Below the pieces are notes generated by a model that saw nothing but the letters and a program-made list of their open reading frames with translations, did no database searches and was not told the DNA's origin. 64,000 nt of DNA from Sphaerochaeta sp. (lineage in GTDB: Bacteria; Spirochaetota; Spirochaetia; Sphaerochaetales; Sphaerochaetaceae). This document shows, piece after piece, positions 49,218 through 58,815 of this stretch. A program made the translations under genes and the position numbers. Location of the stretch: the NCBI GenBank assembly GCA_016342655.1, contig JAEINL010000007.1, forward strand, positions 4,919 to 68,918, read 5' to 3'. Every line of letters begins with the position of its first letter. The stretch's first letter is position 1.

Positions 49218-50258
49218 ATGAAAGCTTTCAAAATCGAATCGAAAGGGAACGTAGCATTTGGGAGTGTCGAGTATGAGACTCCCAAATCGGATGAGATTGT
49301 AGTTGCTGTAAAGGTGCTCGGGCTCTGCGGAAGTGATCTCAAGACGTACCATGGGGATAATCCTATGGTTCAATATCCAATTGTTCCTGGGCATGAAATA
49401 GCTTGTGAAATAGTGGAGATTGGAAGTGACGTACCATCCTCCCTTTCTTTGGGAGACTCTGGTACGATAATTCCCTATACAACTTGTGGTACATGCCCTG
49501 CCTGCAGAGCAAAACGCTATAATACCTGCTCTTCCAACAAGACCCTAGGAGTAGCAAGACACGGAGCAGCTAGGTCATTTCTTACCCTTAATCATAAGGA
49601 TTTTATTGCATGCAAAGGAATGGACTATACTGATATCGCCCTCATCGAGCCCTTGAGTGTCGGTATCCATGCAGCAAATCGTGCAGGTGAGGTGAATGGA
49701 AAGAAGGTTCTGCTCTATGGTTTTGGTATCGTTGGTGTAGGAATCATGCTTGAGCTGAAACGAAAGGGTGCCCAAGTAATTGTTGCTGACATCTCTGACA
49801 GTAAGCTTCAATTGGCGATAGAATTAGGGGCGGATATAGCCCTTGATAGCAGGGACCCTCTCTTTGAAGAGACCCTTGTCAAGTTTACGAATAATCAGGG
49901 CTTTGATGTGGTTATTGATGCTGTAGGCGCTGGCTCGATTGTGACTTCTGCATTGGAAAAGACTGCTGTCGCAGGTACTATCGTGTTTGTTGGATATCAT
50001 TTCGATACCATACCTTTCAACTCAAAACCTATCGTCAGTAAGGAACTGAGTGTTTTTGGATCGCGAAATGCCCTTCTAGCTGATTTTATGGGTGCCATAG
50101 ATATGCTGCAGAAAAATCCCCAGCTGAAAGATGTACTGGCTTCAAAGAGATTTCCCTTTGAAGAAATCAGTGAAGCGTTTGTCTATTGGGATCAGAACAG
50201 AGGTTCTGTAATGAAGATTCTTATCGACTTGCAAGAAGAGGATAGGGGATATGAATAA
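49218..50258 (+). CDS. Zn-dependent alcohol dehydrogenase (YjjN/LgoD-like)
   Basis: CGSD, GHE, CxxCxxC...C, GSRNA. Confidence 0.88.
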   Translation: MKAFKIESKGNVAFGSVEYETPKSDEIVVAVKVLGLCGSDLKTYHGDNPMVQYPIVPGHEIACEIVEIGSDVPSSLSLGDSGTIIPYTTCGTCPACRAKRYNTCSSNKTLGVARHGAARSFLTLNHKDFIACKGMDYTDIALIEPLSVGIHAANRAGEVNGKKVLLYGFGIVGVGIMLELKRKGAQVIVADISDSKLQLAIELGADIALDSRDPLFEETLVKFTNNQGFDVVIDAVGAGSIVTSALEKTAVAGTIVFVGYHFDTIPFNSKPIVSKELSVFGSRNALLADFMGAIDMLQKNPQLKDVLASKRFPFEEISEAFVYWDQNRGSVMKILIDLQEEDRGYE

Positions 50259-50733
50259 GATATATAATTGGATTGAGGAATACATACCTCTTGCAGTATT
50301 TGTAATCATCAGCATTGTTATGCTGCTTCAAGTCATCATGAGAACCATTTTTGGTATCTCCTTTGCCTGGAGCGTTGAAGTCTCCCAATATTTGAATGTC
50401 TGGGTTACCTTCATTGGTATCGGATATCTGAGAAAGATAAATGCACACATCAAGATTGAGATGTTTTACGATTGGTTCAATAAAAAGTTAACACCTTCTT
50501 GGCAATTATTCTTTTTTATTGTCAAAAAAATTCTGAACATTCTCTTCATGGTAGCGTTGATCTGGTTGGGACTCCAACTATCCATACGTTCTTGGAATTT
50601 CCGGTCCGCTGGTTTGCAGATACGCCAAACCTGGTTGTATATCTGTGTGCCTCTTGGAGGCTTGGGATATTTGATTCGCGAGATAGAAAGTATCTACCAT
50701 GTGGTAGTCAAGCATAAGGGGGCTTCAAGATGA
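50251..50733 (+). CDS. dctQ: TRAP small permease DctQ
   Basis: Four TM segments, WSVEVS, HIKIE. Confidence 0.88.
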   Translation: MNKIYNWIEEYIPLAVFVIISIVMLLQVIMRTIFGISFAWSVEVSQYLNVWVTFIGIGYLRKINAHIKIEMFYDWFNKKLTPSWQLFFFIVKKILNILFMVALIWLGLQLSIRSWNFRSAGLQIRQTWLYICVPLGGLGYLIREIESIYHVVVKHKGASR

Positions 50734-52010
50734 TTATTGTAATGACAGTACTTCTGTTTGTATTTTTGGCTTTGGGCATACCTGTTGCTGTCGCTGTTGG
50801 CGTTCCCTCCTTGATGTATGTGTTTTCCAATCCGGGTTTTGTTAATTTTGTAGCAATCCAGCGAATGGTTGCAGGAGTCAACACCTATAGCTTGTTGGCT
50901 GTTCCTTTTTTTATTCTTGCCGCCAATCTGATGAATACCGGTGGGGTAACCACCAGAATTTTTGACGCTTGCCGTATTACAATGGGACGAGTGAAGGGTG
51001 GCCTTGCATATGTAAATATTCTGGCAAGTGTAATCTTTGCTGGAATGTCAGGAGCTGCCATTGCAGATGCAGGTGGTCTTGGTGCGATTGAGATCAAAGC
51101 AATGAGAGAGGCACAGTATGACGATAGGCTGACGATCGGGATAACGGCCTCGTCCTCCCTTATCGGTCCCATCATCCCTCCAAGCATGCCCATGGTTGTC
51201 TATGGTGTAGTGGCCTCAACTTCTATCGGGCGCCTCTTTGCCGCAGGTCTGATTCCTGGTTTGCTCATGGCCCTTTCCTTGGTTGGAATGATTTTGTTGT
51301 TGCTTGACCGCTGGAACTGCCCAAGAGGCAAGAAAACCACATTGATGGAAAAATTTCGTGCTAATAAGAGAGCTTTTCTCTCCCTGCTGACTCCTATCAT
51401 CATTCTGGGAGGTATTTTTTCCGGTTATTTTACCCCAACAGAAGCAGCAGCCATCGCCTGCTTGTATGCAACAATCCTAGGTTTGTTCTATAAGGATCTG
51501 GACCTTAGGAAATTTATGCAATCGGTTCGCGAATCTCTGGTCACCTCCGTACAGGTGTTGATCATTGTTGCAGCCGCAGCACTATTCTCCAATATACTTG
51601 CACGGGAACAGATTCCCCAGAAACTGATGCTTATTGTCGAACAATCGAATATGGCCCCTTGGATGATTATTCTTCTTATCAATGTTTTACTGCTGATCGT
51701 AGGCCTCTTTATGGAGACCATCGCCTCAATCAATCTGTTGGTTCCTGTACTCCTGCCCATAATGGTCTCTCTTGGCATTGATCCTGTCCAGTTTGGAATT
51801 ATCATTATCCTCAACTTGGTTATCGGTACGCTGACTCCTCCCTTTGGCACGGTATTGTTCGTACTCAGTGGCGTGGCAGATGTCTCTGTGGAGAAGGTAG
51901 CAAAATCGGTAATAATATTTCTCCCACCACTGATCTTGGTTTTGGCGTTGGTGAATATCTTCCCACAGCTGTCACTGTGGCTGCCTAACCTGCTGTTTGG
52001 TGTAGTATGA
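50730..52010 (+). CDS. dctM: TRAP large permease DctM
   Basis: LAVPFF, GMSGAAIAD, IIPPS, TPTEA, TPPFG. Confidence 0.94.
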   Translation: MIIVMTVLLFVFLALGIPVAVAVGVPSLMYVFSNPGFVNFVAIQRMVAGVNTYSLLAVPFFILAANLMNTGGVTTRIFDACRITMGRVKGGLAYVNILASVIFAGMSGAAIADAGGLGAIEIKAMREAQYDDRLTIGITASSSLIGPIIPPSMPMVVYGVVASTSIGRLFAAGLIPGLLMALSLVGMILLLLDRWNCPRGKKTTLMEKFRANKRAFLSLLTPIIILGGIFSGYFTPTEAAAIACLYATILGLFYKDLDLRKFMQSVRESLVTSVQVLIIVAAAALFSNILAREQIPQKLMLIVEQSNMAPWMIILLINVLLLIVGLFMETIASINLLVPVLLPIMVSLGIDPVQFGIIIILNLVIGTLTPPFGTVLFVLSGVADVSVEKVAKSVIIFLPPLILVLALVNIFPQLSLWLPNLLFGVV

Positions 52011-52284
52011 TCAGATTCCAGTGCGAGTACCTACTGTTGCCCTTTCACAGGGGCACAAGTATTTAATTCTTTGGACAAGAGGTGTGAGTGCTGTAGGGTA
52101 AGCTCTTATCGACGACTGTATACAAGAAATAAAATTTTAGTTGTGCTATCAGTTAGTAAGTCCAGAAAATATTGATTTTCTGAATCGTTGCGAAAATGTA
52201 TCTAGAATTTTAAATCAAATAACTTGTTATATTAATAGAAAATAATATTATTCCAAGAATGCGAAATATTGTTGAATATTTAGA

Positions 52285-52323
52285 TTGACAAATGCTGAAT
52301 CAATGTTAGTATATAGTATACTA
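52285..52323 (+). promoter_or_regulatory. sigma70-type promoter of the second TRAP operon with operator-like motif
   Basis: TTGACA plus TGnTAGTAT; TAGTATATAGTATACTA is the inverted form of the GTATACYATATAC motif. Confidence 0.6.
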
Positions 52324-52340
52324 TTTAGAAAGGAGTATCT

Positions 52341-53366
52341 ATGAAACGAATTTTAGTACTATTGCTCGTAATGCTTGTCGCTTTTTCTTCTGTTTTTGCC
52401 CAAGGGCAGGGCGAGGTTAAGAAACAAGAAATGATCAAGATGAACATCCAGCACAATCTTCCAAAAACAGAAACATGGCAGGTTGGGTTTGAGTACATCC
52501 AAAGCGAGATGATGAAGAGGTTCCCTGACCAGATTTCTTCCACCATCTATCCCAACGGACAGCTTGCAAACAACAACTGGGCGACCATTTTCGAACAGAC
52601 CCAGGAAAATGTTGTGCAGATGGCCTGTGAATCACAGGTTACTTTGGCAAGCCTCGTACCTGAGCTGTTTTCCCTAAGCACCCCCTTCATGTTTGAAGAC
52701 ATGCAGCATGTCCTTAGGTTTATGGCACAGAAGCCCGCATTTGTTGACCAGTGGTTCTCCAAGCTTGAAGAAAAGAACCTTAAGGTCATTGCCTACTGGC
52801 CCAGAGCTCCACGTCAGTTGCTCAACTCTGTACGTCCAATCATTGTCCCCAAAGACATTGAAGGCATGCGTTTCCGTGTTCCTGCCATGGATTTGTTCGT
52901 AACAACCTTCCAGGCAATGAAAGCCAACCCAGTTCCCCTACCATCCGGAGAGATCTACACTGCAATGCAGCTTGGTACTGTTTCTGGTGAGGACAACGCT
53001 TTGTCGACTGTCTACTCCACAAGAACCTACGAGCAGGGCAAGTACATGAACGTATGGAACTACATGGGTGATGGAGTTCTCGTGGTTGTCAACAAGGATT
53101 GGTATGATGGCCTTTCAGCTGAATTCCAGACAGCTCTACTTGAAGTTGCCGGAGGTTCTGTTGATGCAGTGCTCAAGAGTACCCTCGAGCGTGAGAAAAT
53201 TGCTCGTGATGCCATGACAGAAGCAGGAATCCAGTTCACTGATTTCACTTCTGAAATGAAAGAACCCTGGAGAGCCCTGATGGATCCCGCTTATGCCGCT
53301 ATCAAGAAGACCATTGGTGAAAAGTCCTGGAATGAGCTTGTTGCTCTAGCAGACGCCACTCGCTAA
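52341..53366 (+). CDS. dctP: TRAP substrate-binding protein DctP (second system)
   Basis: Signal peptide, YPNGQL, RFRVP, AMQLGTVSGEDN. Confidence 0.93.
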   Translation: MKRILVLLLVMLVAFSSVFAQGQGEVKKQEMIKMNIQHNLPKTETWQVGFEYIQSEMMKRFPDQISSTIYPNGQLANNNWATIFEQTQENVVQMACESQVTLASLVPELFSLSTPFMFEDMQHVLRFMAQKPAFVDQWFSKLEEKNLKVIAYWPRAPRQLLNSVRPIIVPKDIEGMRFRVPAMDLFVTTFQAMKANPVPLPSGEIYTAMQLGTVSGEDNALSTVYSTRTYEQGKYMNVWNYMGDGVLVVVNKDWYDGLSAEFQTALLEVAGGSVDAVLKSTLEREKIARDAMTEAGIQFTDFTSEMKEPWRALMDPAYAAIKKTIGEKSWNELVALADATR

Positions 53367-53396
53367 GGGTATTTCGAAACAAGATGTATGAATTGT

Positions 53397-53426
53397 TAGG
53401 AATGCTTCGCTTGCGGAGCATTCCTA
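53397..53426 (+). terminator. Stem-loop after second dctP
   Basis: TAGGAATGCTTCGC-tt-GCGGAGCATTCCTA. Confidence 0.6.
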
Positions 53427-53455
53427 CACAATGATTGGAGTAAGGTAAATTCCCT

Positions 53456-54040
53456 ATGGAAAAAAATCAATTGAATGCCAAGTATCTCCTGAAAAACCCT
53501 GAATACGCAATTGCTCCAGTTTTCCTGCTGGTGATTCTGCTTTCAGCCATTATTCAAGTAGTCAATCGAATTGTTCCCTCGCTCAGGGCCCCATGGACCC
53601 TCGAGCTTATTACATATTTATTCGGAGGCCTGGTATGGGTGGGGATTGCTTTGGCAATCCATGACGATTCCCATGTTGGAATCAAGACCATATATCAGAA
53701 GTTTCCTAAAAAATCCCGAAAAGTTATCAAAGTCATCCACATGATCCTCTTTGGCATCATGATTGTCATCTTTGGATTCCTTGGCCTGATGTCATTGCTT
53801 AGTTATGTAAGACGAGGGCAGACTACACCTGCCTTGCATGCACCGCTGTGGCTCATGCGCTCACCAATTGTGATTGGTTGCCTGTTATCTGTGTATCGCC
53901 TGATTGAAAGGATTGTGATGATTTTCAAGGATACTGATCCTGAGTTTTTGTACGATATTCCCCTCGGCCTTGAAGAACTATCCATTGAAGAGCTGATTGA
54001 AAGAGGCTTTATTGAAGTCAAAAAAGGAGATAGGGAATGA
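53456..54040 (+). CDS. dctQ: TRAP small permease DctQ
   Basis: Four TM segments, PWTLEL, SHVGI. Confidence 0.87.
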   Translation: MEKNQLNAKYLLKNPEYAIAPVFLLVILLSAIIQVVNRIVPSLRAPWTLELITYLFGGLVWVGIALAIHDDSHVGIKTIYQKFPKKSRKVIKVIHMILFGIMIVIFGFLGLMSLLSYVRRGQTTPALHAPLWLMRSPIVIGCLLSVYRLIERIVMIFKDTDPEFLYDIPLGLEELSIEELIERGFIEVKKGDRE

Positions 54041-55326
54041 TTCCAGTAATGAGTTTGACTGTATTTGGGGTAGCCGTGTTATTGCTCCTGTTGGGTACTC
54101 CCGTTCTGGTCTCCATTGGATTGTCCAGTGTATTCACCATCATGTTCTATAATCCTGTGCCCTTGATCTCTATCCCCCAGCTCATGTTCTCCGGCACTGA
54201 ATCCTATGTCCTTGTTGCGATCCCCTTGTTTGTACTCTCTGGAGTACTCATGGAGTCCACAGGCGTAGCCGGTAAGCTCATCGACTTCACAAAAGCTGGA
54301 GTAGGTTGGGCAAGAGGTGGCTTGGGCGCTGCGAATGTTTTAGGTAGCTTTATCTTTGGGGGTATGTCCGGCTCTTCAGTTGCAGATACCGTCGCACTTG
54401 GGACGATCCTAATACCTGAAATGGAAAAAGATGGTTACGACAAAGGATACTCGGCTGCTATTACTGCTATTTCTTCTACCCTAGCAGTCATTGTGCCACC
54501 CAGTATCCTGATGGTCATTATTGGGGCTGTTTCGGAACTTTCGGTCTCTTGGTTGCTGATTGGTGGCTTGGGACCTGGTGTACTGCTTACTGGTGCCATG
54601 ATGATTCAAAACTATTTTATCTGCCGCAAGCATAAGTATGGTAGCAAGAAAAAATTCTCATTCAAATACCTTTGGGATACCTTCAAAGTTGGGCTTTGGG
54701 CTTTGGGCGCTCCTATCATCATCATGATAGGTATCATGACAGGGTTTGTCACCCCCACGGAATCTGGAGCGCTGGCTGTTGTCTATACACTGGTCATTGC
54801 AGCTTTTTTCTATAAGACACTGAAAAAGGGTGTCATGTATAAGTCTTTGGTCTCAGCTGCCAGGCTAACTGCTGCGGTTGTGGGAATCATCGGGACTTCA
54901 TCCATTTTTACCTTTATCCTCACCTTTGAGGGACTTCCCCAGATTGTAGCTAATTTCCTGTTGGGGATCACTACAAATCCTGTGGCCATTTTCTTTATGA
55001 TCAACATCTTCCTCTTGGTCATGGGTATGTTCCTTGATGCAGGGGTGGCTATCATTGTTATGGCCCCAATTCTGTTTCCTGTAGCAACTGCTGTCGGCAT
55101 CAACCCGATACACTTTGCAGTTGTGTTTGTCATGAACTTGGCTATCGGCATGGTGACCCCTCCGTTTGGAGTCTGTCTGTTCAGCACTTGCAACGTTGCA
55201 AAAATGGACATGGGTCGACTTATCAAGTCGGCTTTGCCCTTGTACGGTTCCATGATAGTTGTGCTTGTTTTAACAACATTGATCCCAGGGATTGTTCTTT
55301 TGATTCCCTCCATAACGCTGGGATAA
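54037..55326 (+). CDS. dctM: TRAP large permease DctM
   Basis: AIPLF, GMSGSSVAD, IVPPS, TPTES, TPPFG. Confidence 0.94.
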   Translation: MIPVMSLTVFGVAVLLLLLGTPVLVSIGLSSVFTIMFYNPVPLISIPQLMFSGTESYVLVAIPLFVLSGVLMESTGVAGKLIDFTKAGVGWARGGLGAANVLGSFIFGGMSGSSVADTVALGTILIPEMEKDGYDKGYSAAITAISSTLAVIVPPSILMVIIGAVSELSVSWLLIGGLGPGVLLTGAMMIQNYFICRKHKYGSKKKFSFKYLWDTFKVGLWALGAPIIIMIGIMTGFVTPTESGALAVVYTLVIAAFFYKTLKKGVMYKSLVSAARLTAAVVGIIGTSSIFTFILTFEGLPQIVANFLLGITTNPVAIFFMINIFLLVMGMFLDAGVAIIVMAPILFPVATAVGINPIHFAVVFVMNLAIGMVTPPFGVCLFSTCNVAKMDMGRLIKSALPLYGSMIVVLVLTTLIPGIVLLIPSITLG

Positions 55327-55348
55327 TTGTATTGTAAGGAGATACTAT

Positions 55349-56386
55349 ATGAAAGGTTTAGTCAAATTTGCAGCAGGTCCGGGTAATTTGGAGATTCGGG
55401 AAGTCCCCGAACCACAAGTTGAATCCGGTCAGGTAAAAATCGAGATCAAGGCTGCAGGAATCTGTGGTTCTGATATCCATATCTATCACAGCGACATCGC
55501 GATCCCAGTACGTCCACCGGTAATCATCGGTCATGAGTTCGCCGGCGTTGTTGTTGCTGTAGGTGAAGGGGTTACCACCTGTAAGGTCGGGGATCGTGTA
55601 TCCAGTGAAACCGCCTATTCTTATTGTGGTAAGTGTCATAACTGTAAGACCGGCAGGTACAACCTCTGTAATGACCGGAAAACTCTTGGTTACTGGTATA
55701 ATGGTGCTTTTGCCAAGTATACCGTTGTTCCTGGGGACCGCATCCAGAAGCTTCCTGATTCAATCAGCTTCGAGGAGGGGGCACTTCTTGAGCCCGCAGC
55801 CTGTGTGACTCATGCCGTTATGGATCTTGCAACGATACAAGCCGGTGATATGGTCTTGGTCTCCGGGCCTGGGGCAGTGGGGCTTATCGCCATGCAGGTT
55901 GCTAAGGCCCATGGTGCGTATGTAATAGTATCAGGAACCAATGTGGATACTGATCGCCTTACGTTTGCATTAAAGCTTGGAGCAGACAGAATTGTAGACG
56001 TCACCAAGGAAGATCTTCTCGAGGTGATTAAGAGCCTTACCCCTGATGGTCGTGGTGTTGATGTTGTCCTTGAGTGCTCCGGTTCTGGACGTGCAACTGC
56101 AACAGGTATTGAAGCTGTTCGCAAACAAGGACAATTTATCCAGATCGGCCTTGCTGGAAAGCCCTTTGAGCTCAACTTTGATCGGATTTGCTACAAAGAG
56201 ATCAAGGTTACCGGTTCCCTTGGTTCTGTATGGACTGCATGGAGAAATGCCATACGTTTAGTGGAAACCAAACAACTCAACCTAAGGGATTTGATAAGCC
56301 ATGAGTTCAAGTTGCAGGATTGGGAGAAAGGCTTTGAGGTCTTTGAAAACAAAGAAGGCCTTAAGGTTCTTTTCAGACCAGAATAA
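55349..56386 (+). CDS. Zn-dependent (sorbitol/threonine dehydrogenase-like) dehydrogenase
   Basis: GICGSD, GHE, CGKCHNC...C, GPGAVG. Confidence 0.9.
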   Translation: MKGLVKFAAGPGNLEIREVPEPQVESGQVKIEIKAAGICGSDIHIYHSDIAIPVRPPVIIGHEFAGVVVAVGEGVTTCKVGDRVSSETAYSYCGKCHNCKTGRYNLCNDRKTLGYWYNGAFAKYTVVPGDRIQKLPDSISFEEGALLEPAACVTHAVMDLATIQAGDMVLVSGPGAVGLIAMQVAKAHGAYVIVSGTNVDTDRLTFALKLGADRIVDVTKEDLLEVIKSLTPDGRGVDVVLECSGSGRATATGIEAVRKQGQFIQIGLAGKPFELNFDRICYKEIKVTGSLGSVWTAWRNAIRLVETKQLNLRDLISHEFKLQDWEKGFEVFENKEGLKVLFRPE

Positions 56387-56420
56387 CTAGATCTCACTAT
56401 ATAAAGATAAAGGATTGGAT

Positions 56421-57173
56421 ATGGATAGTTTACAAGGAATGTCCGCGATAATCACGGGCTCAGCACAGGGAATGGGAAAAGGTATTGCGATGGGACTAGC
56501 CCGTCGTGGTGTGGACGTTGCCCTTTGTGACGTAAAGAAAGATATTTTGGAGACGACTGCCAACGAAATACGGGAAGCCACTGGTCAGAAAGTCATTACA
56601 GGTGCATTTGATATCACTGACGAGGTTGCTGTAAAGGCCTTTGTTGTCGAAGTTGAGAAGGGCTTTGGTAAAATTGACATACTGGTCAATAATGCTGGGA
56701 TTCATCCCCTCAAGCCAATTGAGCAGATTGAGGGCAAAGAGTGGGATCTTGTATTCGCTGTAAATGTAAAAGCCTCTTTCTTCTTCTGTAAGGCTGTGTT
56801 GCCAGGTATGCGCAAACAGAAGTTTGGTCGCATCATCTCCATCTCTTCCGAAGCAGGAAAAAATGGGGGAACGGTAGCAGCCCTCCACTATGCTGCATCC
56901 AAGGGTGCCGTTCTCGGTTTTGTGCGTAACTTGGCACAACAGGTAGGCTCTGATGGAATCACTGTCAATGCCATTGCACCTGGAAGAATCGCAACTGCAA
57001 TGTCCGGGGCGGTCAGCCCTGAAGAGAATCAGAAGTTTATCAACAACAGTATCACCAAGAGCTTGGGAACTCCTGATGACATCGCGTATGCAGTATGTTA
57101 TCTCGCCAGCCGGAAGGCTTCTTTTGTTACTGCAGAGACTATGGCTGTCAATGGTGGCACGCTTCGCGACTAA
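56421..57173 (+). CDS. SDR family oxidoreductase
   Basis: TGSAQGMG, NNAG, YAASK. Start may be TTG at 56415. Confidence 0.92.
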   Translation: MDSLQGMSAIITGSAQGMGKGIAMGLARRGVDVALCDVKKDILETTANEIREATGQKVITGAFDITDEVAVKAFVVEVEKGFGKIDILVNNAGIHPLKPIEQIEGKEWDLVFAVNVKASFFFCKAVLPGMRKQKFGRIISISSEAGKNGGTVAALHYAASKGAVLGFVRNLAQQVGSDGITVNAIAPGRIATAMSGAVSPEENQKFINNSITKSLGTPDDIAYAVCYLASRKASFVTAETMAVNGGTLRD

Positions 57174-58039
57174 TGAGGAAGGGTATTCAATTGTCCAAAC
57201 CAGAAACAGGAACATCGCTAGGAATTCAGGTCACTCTTCCAAGTGAGTATGCCAGAGATGGGGTATTTTTGGAAATGCTTAAGACCTTGCAGGAGAGTGG
57301 GTGTGACCATGTAGAACTGAACATCCCTTTTCCAGAAAATACGAAACCCTCACAAGTCAATGAGGTTCTTTCCCGGTACGGTTTGCGGTGTACCAATTTT
57401 GCCACCGGAGGCCTGTATCCTGGGAAGATAACTTCATTGTCGCACAGTGATGAAACTGTTCGTAAACAATCTGTTGAGTCCATAAAGGGTGTCATCAGGT
57501 ATTGTAGCGAAGCTGGCTTTAAGGGGCTGATCCTAGGGTTCGCTCAAGGCAATGACACTAAAGATAGGTCTTTGGCAAGGGAACTCTTCAAGAGTTCCCT
57601 TGACCAGCTTGTCCCCTATGCCCAACAGGCAAAGGTTACCATTGTTGTTGAAGCCCTAAATAGATTCATCTCCAATGTTTGCAATACGCTGGATGATACA
57701 GTAGAGCTTGTGGGTGATTACCCCAAAGAGGTGGTGGCAGTCTTGCCAGATACCTATCATATGAATATTGAAGAGAGTGATATGATGTTGCCACTGATCA
57801 AACATGCTCAGTGGTTTCGTTCCATCCACTTCTCTGAAAACAACCGATATTTCCCCGGCCTGGGAGCAATAGATTTTCAGCGTGTCTATCGAGCGCTTTA
57901 TTCAGTTGGATTTACCGGTGAGCTCACTATCGAGGGCAATGTGAAGAATTCATGGATACCCGAATTGATCGGTAGTGCTGAATTAATGAAAAATCTACGC
58001 GTGAATGAGCAAAATCTGCATGCGGGAAACATGAAGTAA
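57173..58039 (+). CDS. Ketose 3-epimerase-like (D-psicose/D-tagatose 3-epimerase family) TIM barrel
   Basis: EALNRF, DTYHMNIEE, HFSENNR..PG.G.IDF; TAATG overlap with the SDR stop. Confidence 0.82.
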   Translation: MRKGIQLSKPETGTSLGIQVTLPSEYARDGVFLEMLKTLQESGCDHVELNIPFPENTKPSQVNEVLSRYGLRCTNFATGGLYPGKITSLSHSDETVRKQSVESIKGVIRYCSEAGFKGLILGFAQGNDTKDRSLARELFKSSLDQLVPYAQQAKVTIVVEALNRFISNVCNTLDDTVELVGDYPKEVVAVLPDTYHMNIEESDMMLPLIKHAQWFRSIHFSENNRYFPGLGAIDFQRVYRALYSVGFTGELTIEGNVKNSWIPELIGSAELMKNLRVNEQNLHAGNMK

Positions 58040-58053
58040 GGGAGTTATGCAAA

Positions 58054-58788
58054 ATGGATATGGAATTGAAAGCTAAGGTGGTGCTAGTAACTGGGGGTGC
58101 TGATGGAATTGGACTGAAATCAGCGGAATTGTTGGCCGAAGAGGGTGCCTATGTCGCCCTTGCAGATATTAACTTTGAGAAAGCTCGCGTGGCCTCAGAA
58201 ACACTGAATAAACTTGGAATGAAGACCATTGCCGTCGGTGTGGATGTACATGACCAGGAATCAGTCACTAACATGGTGAATGAGGTGGTCAAGACTTTTG
58301 GCCGTATCGATATCCTTGTGAATAATGCTGGAATTGGGTATTTCAAGACTATGGACGAAGAGACCATGGACGATTGGTACAATGTTCTGAACATTAATCT
58401 CACAGGAGTTCATCTCTGCACCCGTGAGGTGTTTAAGTATATGAAGGAACAGAAAAGTGGGAAAATCATTTCAATGGCTTCCCTTGGTGGACAGATTGGC
58501 GGAATGAAGGTTACCCCAGGATACGTTGCTTCCAAGGCCGGAGTGGTCGGTTTGACAAAATCATACGCACGTAATGGGGCAAAATATGGCATCACTGCAA
58601 ATGCAGTTGCTCCTGGACCTACAGAGACAAATATGGCTAAGGGTCGGTATTCAGCTGATACCACAATGCTTGGTCGGCTCGCAGAACCCCTTGATGTTGC
58701 GAAAGCTGTATTTTTCCTTGCTTCCTGCCTTTCAGATTACCTGACAGGAATCACTGTTGATGTCAACGGTGGAGCCTTGATGCGTTAA
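58054..58788 (+). CDS. SDR family oxidoreductase
   Basis: TGGADGIG, NNAG, YVASK. Confidence 0.92.
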   Translation: MDMELKAKVVLVTGGADGIGLKSAELLAEEGAYVALADINFEKARVASETLNKLGMKTIAVGVDVHDQESVTNMVNEVVKTFGRIDILVNNAGIGYFKTMDEETMDDWYNVLNINLTGVHLCTREVFKYMKEQKSGKIISMASLGGQIGGMKVTPGYVASKAGVVGLTKSYARNGAKYGITANAVAPGPTETNMAKGRYSADTTMLGRLAEPLDVAKAVFFLASCLSDYLTGITVDVNGGALMR

Positions 58789-58815
58789 TCATGAAGATGA
58801 GTAGGGAGGTTCGAA

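Noticed and set aside
20468-49342. Short ORFs sharing LLSRHSLGNGT or PQRSESS (20468-20785, 30470-30772, 30502-30696, 48817-49152, 49007-49276)
   Set aside because: These are translations of the repeat element with inconsistent starts and stops, not a protein family.
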